From contig CANHPZ010000001.1 of the NCBI GenBank assembly GCA_947462725.1, forward strand, positions 3,969-67,968: a stretch of 64,000 bases of DNA, read 5' to 3'. Below are positions 61,401-64,000 of the stretch, piece by piece. The position numbers and the translations under genes were made by a program. Within the stretch, counting starts at the first letter, position 1; the number at the start of each line of letters is the position of its first letter. The stretch is from Flavobacteriales bacterium. Its GTDB lineage: Bacteria > Bacteroidota > Bacteroidia > Flavobacteriales_D > Sanyastnellaceae. The notes below the pieces were generated by a model. The model searched no databases. It was not told where the DNA came from and worked only from the letters and a program-made list of their open reading frames with translations.

Positions 61401-62414
61401 ATGAAAAAGGTGCTGGTTACTGGAGGTGCGGGTTATATTGGATGTCATACTGTGGTTGAATTGCTCAATCACGACTTCATTCCTATTATCATAGATAATT
61501 TTTCGAATACGGATGAACGCATCCTTCAAGGGCTCGAAGAAATCCTGGGATTCATGCCCATTGTTTACCGCACCGATTGCACGGACTACAAGGCCATGCA
61601 TGAGGTTTTCTCTCTGGAAAAGCCGGATGCTGTAATTCATTTCGCGGCATTCAAAGCTGTAGGCGAGTCAACCGCCCATCCACTTAAATACTATCACAAC
61701 AACATCGATTCCTTGCTGGTGGTTCTTCGCCTCATGGACGAATTCAATGTAAACGAGCTCGTGTTCAGCAGCAGCTGTACAGTTTACGGCCAACCCGCCA
61801 TGCTTCCGGTGAATGAAAATTGCCCGCCACAACAAGCGACGTCGCCTTATGGATATAGCAAGCAGGTCTCAGAGCAAATCATCATTGACACCTGTGCGGC
61901 TCGTCCGCAGCTGAAGTGTACACTCCTGCGCTATTTCAATCCCATCGGCGCACACCCTTCGGCGCTCATTGGCGAATTGCCGTACGGCATACCCAACAAC
62001 CTGGTGCCCTACATTACACAAACGGCTGCAGGTATCAGAGAAAAACTCACCATACATGGCAACGACTACAGCACCAACGACGGCACCTGTATTCGAGACT
62101 ATATCCACGTTTGTGACTTGGCCGCTGCACACGTAAAAGCATTGGAATGGTTATCCGGCCAGAGCAATGTGTGTGAAGCATTCAACCTCGGACAAGGAAA
62201 AGGCAACAGCGTGAAGGAAGTCGTAGATACGTTTGTGCGTGTAAACAATGTGGCCGTTAACATTGAAATAGGGCCAAGACGCTCGGGCGATGTGGAGCAA
62301 GTCTACGCGGATGTGAGCAAAGTTAAAAACGCACTCCATTGGCAAACGGAACGTAGCCTTGATGAAGCCTTGAAAGACGCTTGGAAATGGCAGCGTCACT
62401 TGACACAAGCCTAA
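61401..62414 (+). CDS. galE: UDP-glucose 4-epimerase
   Basis: VTGGAGYIG, HFAAFKAVGES, FSSSCTVYG, YGYSK, LRYFNPIGAH, RDYIHV. Confidence 0.96.
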   Translation: MKKVLVTGGAGYIGCHTVVELLNHDFIPIIIDNFSNTDERILQGLEEILGFMPIVYRTDCTDYKAMHEVFSLEKPDAVIHFAAFKAVGESTAHPLKYYHNNIDSLLVVLRLMDEFNVNELVFSSSCTVYGQPAMLPVNENCPPQQATSPYGYSKQVSEQIIIDTCAARPQLKCTLLRYFNPIGAHPSALIGELPYGIPNNLVPYITQTAAGIREKLTIHGNDYSTNDGTCIRDYIHVCDLAAAHVKALEWLSGQSNVCEAFNLGQGKGNSVKEVVDTFVRVNNVAVNIEIGPRRSGDVEQVYADVSKVKNALHWQTERSLDEALKDAWKWQRHLTQA

Positions 62415-62423
62415 TCAACCATT

Positions 62424-63098
62424 CTAGATCATGAGTGTTGTGGATATGACAATCCAATTCACGACCGCGCCTAAGCAAAATCCGGCATATACCTGACCGT
62501 GCGTATGCGCATCTAAATACAGGCGAGAATAGCCGGTAACTCCAGCCATCAACAGAGACAAAGCAGGATAAACAGTATCCAGATTAGGGTGAACAACATT
62601 GAGCGCCAGCAGCGTTCCAAACACGCCTCCCTGAGCCAGCATGTGCACAGAAATCTTCCAAACACTGTTGATGGATAAACTGATGATGAGGGAAACAATC
62701 ACCGAGAGAAAGAAACTAAACACCGTATCCGGCAGGTAAGGCCCCTTCCAGCGCAGCATCACATAAGAAATAATGTAATAGAAAATGACCAACAAATAAG
62801 GACCAAACCTTTCCTTGCGATTGCGCAGTTCGATACTACTTAACATTCCATATCGAATCATGATGAGCATGCTCACGGCCGGAGCAACAATATTAATAGC
62901 CAACAACAAGAAGACGAAATAATCTGCTTGCGTTGGTGCGATGTAATACGGATCAATGGTGCGCACCGACATATAAATAATGAGTGGCATCCACAGCGGA
63001 TGAAAAATGACCGACAATATCTGCGCAATACGATACATGGTCGTGCGCACCACAGGTGGCGCTGTAATTACAGTCTCATTGGATGTGCTCTCTACCAT
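62424..63098 (-). CDS. PAP2-like integral membrane protein
   Basis: Multiple TM helices; KISVH and SRLYLDAHT..QVYAG motifs. Confidence 0.75.
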   Translation of the reverse strand: MVESTSNETVITAPPVVRTTMYRIAQILSVIFHPLWMPLIIYMSVRTIDPYYIAPTQADYFVFLLLAINIVAPAVSMLIMIRYGMLSSIELRNRKERFGPYLLVIFYYIISYVMLRWKGPYLPDTVFSFFLSVIVSLIISLSINSVWKISVHMLAQGGVFGTLLALNVVHPNLDTVYPALSLLMAGVTGYSRLYLDAHTHGQVYAGFCLGAVVNWIVISTTLMI

Positions 63099-64000
63099 TC
63101 CTTTCTCAATCGTGCTACAGGTATGCCTAATTGCTCGCGATACTTAGCTACCGTGCGGCGCGCAATATTATAACCCTTTTCATTCAAAATCTTCATGAGC
63201 TTCTCGTCAGTAAGCGGTTTACGCTTAGGCTCCGCTTCTATGGCATCCTTTAGAATCTGCTTCACCTCACGTGATGAAACTTCCTCACCTTCATCGGTGC
63301 TCATACTTTCACTGAAGAAGTATTTCAGCAAATACGTGGAATAGGGTGTCTGAATGTATTTGCTATTGGCCACTCGACTGATCGTGGATATGTCCATGTG
63401 TACGATATCCGCAATGTCCTTCAATATCATAGGCTTCAACTTCGTCTCATCGCCTGATAGAAAAAACTCACGTTGATAGGTGACTATTGCCTGCATGCAG
63501 TATAGCAATGTATCGTTGCGCTGCTTGATGGCATCGATAAACCACTTAGCTCCATCAATCTTCTGCTTCACAAACAGCATGGCTTCCTTCGATTTAGCAT
63601 CCTTTACTTTTGACTTGGCATAGTGCTGCATCATTTCGCGATACTCCCGGCTTATGCGTAACTCAGGAGCATTCCGACCATTGAGTGTCAACTTCAATTC
63701 ATCGTCCTCCACCATCAGTAAGAAATCAGGAGTCACGTGCTGCACGGTACGCACGGTTTCCATCATGCTATTGCCCGGTTTCGGATTGAGATGCAGAATC
63801 AAGTCGATGGCAGGCTTCAAGTCATCATCTGCGAGGTCGAAGCGCTTAGCAATTTTCTCGTAATGCTTCTTTGTAAACTCATCGAAGTGCTTGGCTATTA
63901 TTTGCTCGGCCAATACCGTTTCGGCTGTGCGCTCTTCGCTTCGCTTGATTTGAATCAATAGACACTCCCTCAAATCGCGAGCTCCTACACCGGGGGGATC
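63092..64000 (-). CDS. rpoN: RNA polymerase sigma-54 factor (5' part lies outside the window)
   Basis: Frame is open to the window edge (DPPGVGARDLREC); LKPMILKDIA, STISRV, RpoN box ARRTVAKYRE. Confidence 0.96.
   Translation of the reverse strand, partial: DPPGVGARDLRECLLIQIKRSEERTAETVLAEQIIAKHFDEFTKKHYEKIAKRFDLADDDLKPAIDLILHLNPKPGNSMMETVRTVQHVTPDFLLMVEDDELKLTLNGRNAPELRISREYREMMQHYAKSKVKDAKSKEAMLFVKQKIDGAKWFIDAIKQRNDTLLYCMQAIVTYQREFFLSGDETKLKPMILKDIADIVHMDISTISRVANSKYIQTPYSTYLLKYFFSESMSTDEGEEVSSREVKQILKDAIEAEPKRKPLTDEKLMKILNEKGYNIARRTVAKYREQLGIPVARLRKEW

Overview
A gene-dense stretch of core chromosome from a Bacteroidota bacterium, probably Flavobacteriales-like. This is supported by T9SS C-terminal sorting domains, a PorE-like OmpA protein, fused LpxC-FabZ, type III glutamine synthetase, a long RpsP and repeated TAnnTTTG -7 promoter elements. 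It holds about 50 CDSs, mostly housekeeping (lptG-like partial, tgt, glnA, prfA, purM, bshA, aroQ, pdhB, cysQ, recF, ribH, rsmE, rpsP, rimM, aconitase, lpxC/fabZ, lpxA, galE, rpoN partial). I saw no rRNA, tRNA, CRISPR array, transposase or prophage. The most notable items are: (1) a five-CxxCH multiheme cytochrome c carrying a T9SS sorting domain, a candidate surface or secreted redox protein; (2) a monocistronic basic protein combining a coiled coil, an AT-hook, a histone-H1-like tract and a winged-helix-like tail, a candidate new nucleoid protein; (3) a candidate ~90-nt sRNA behind an FNR-like box next to a Crp/Fnr gene; (4) a palindromic operator-like motif at the glnA promoter; (5) an S9 peptidase homologue lacking its catalytic Ser and His; (6) a PNGase F-like enzyme split by a large LamG-containing insertion. 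All family calls come from motif recognition by eye; no database searches were run.
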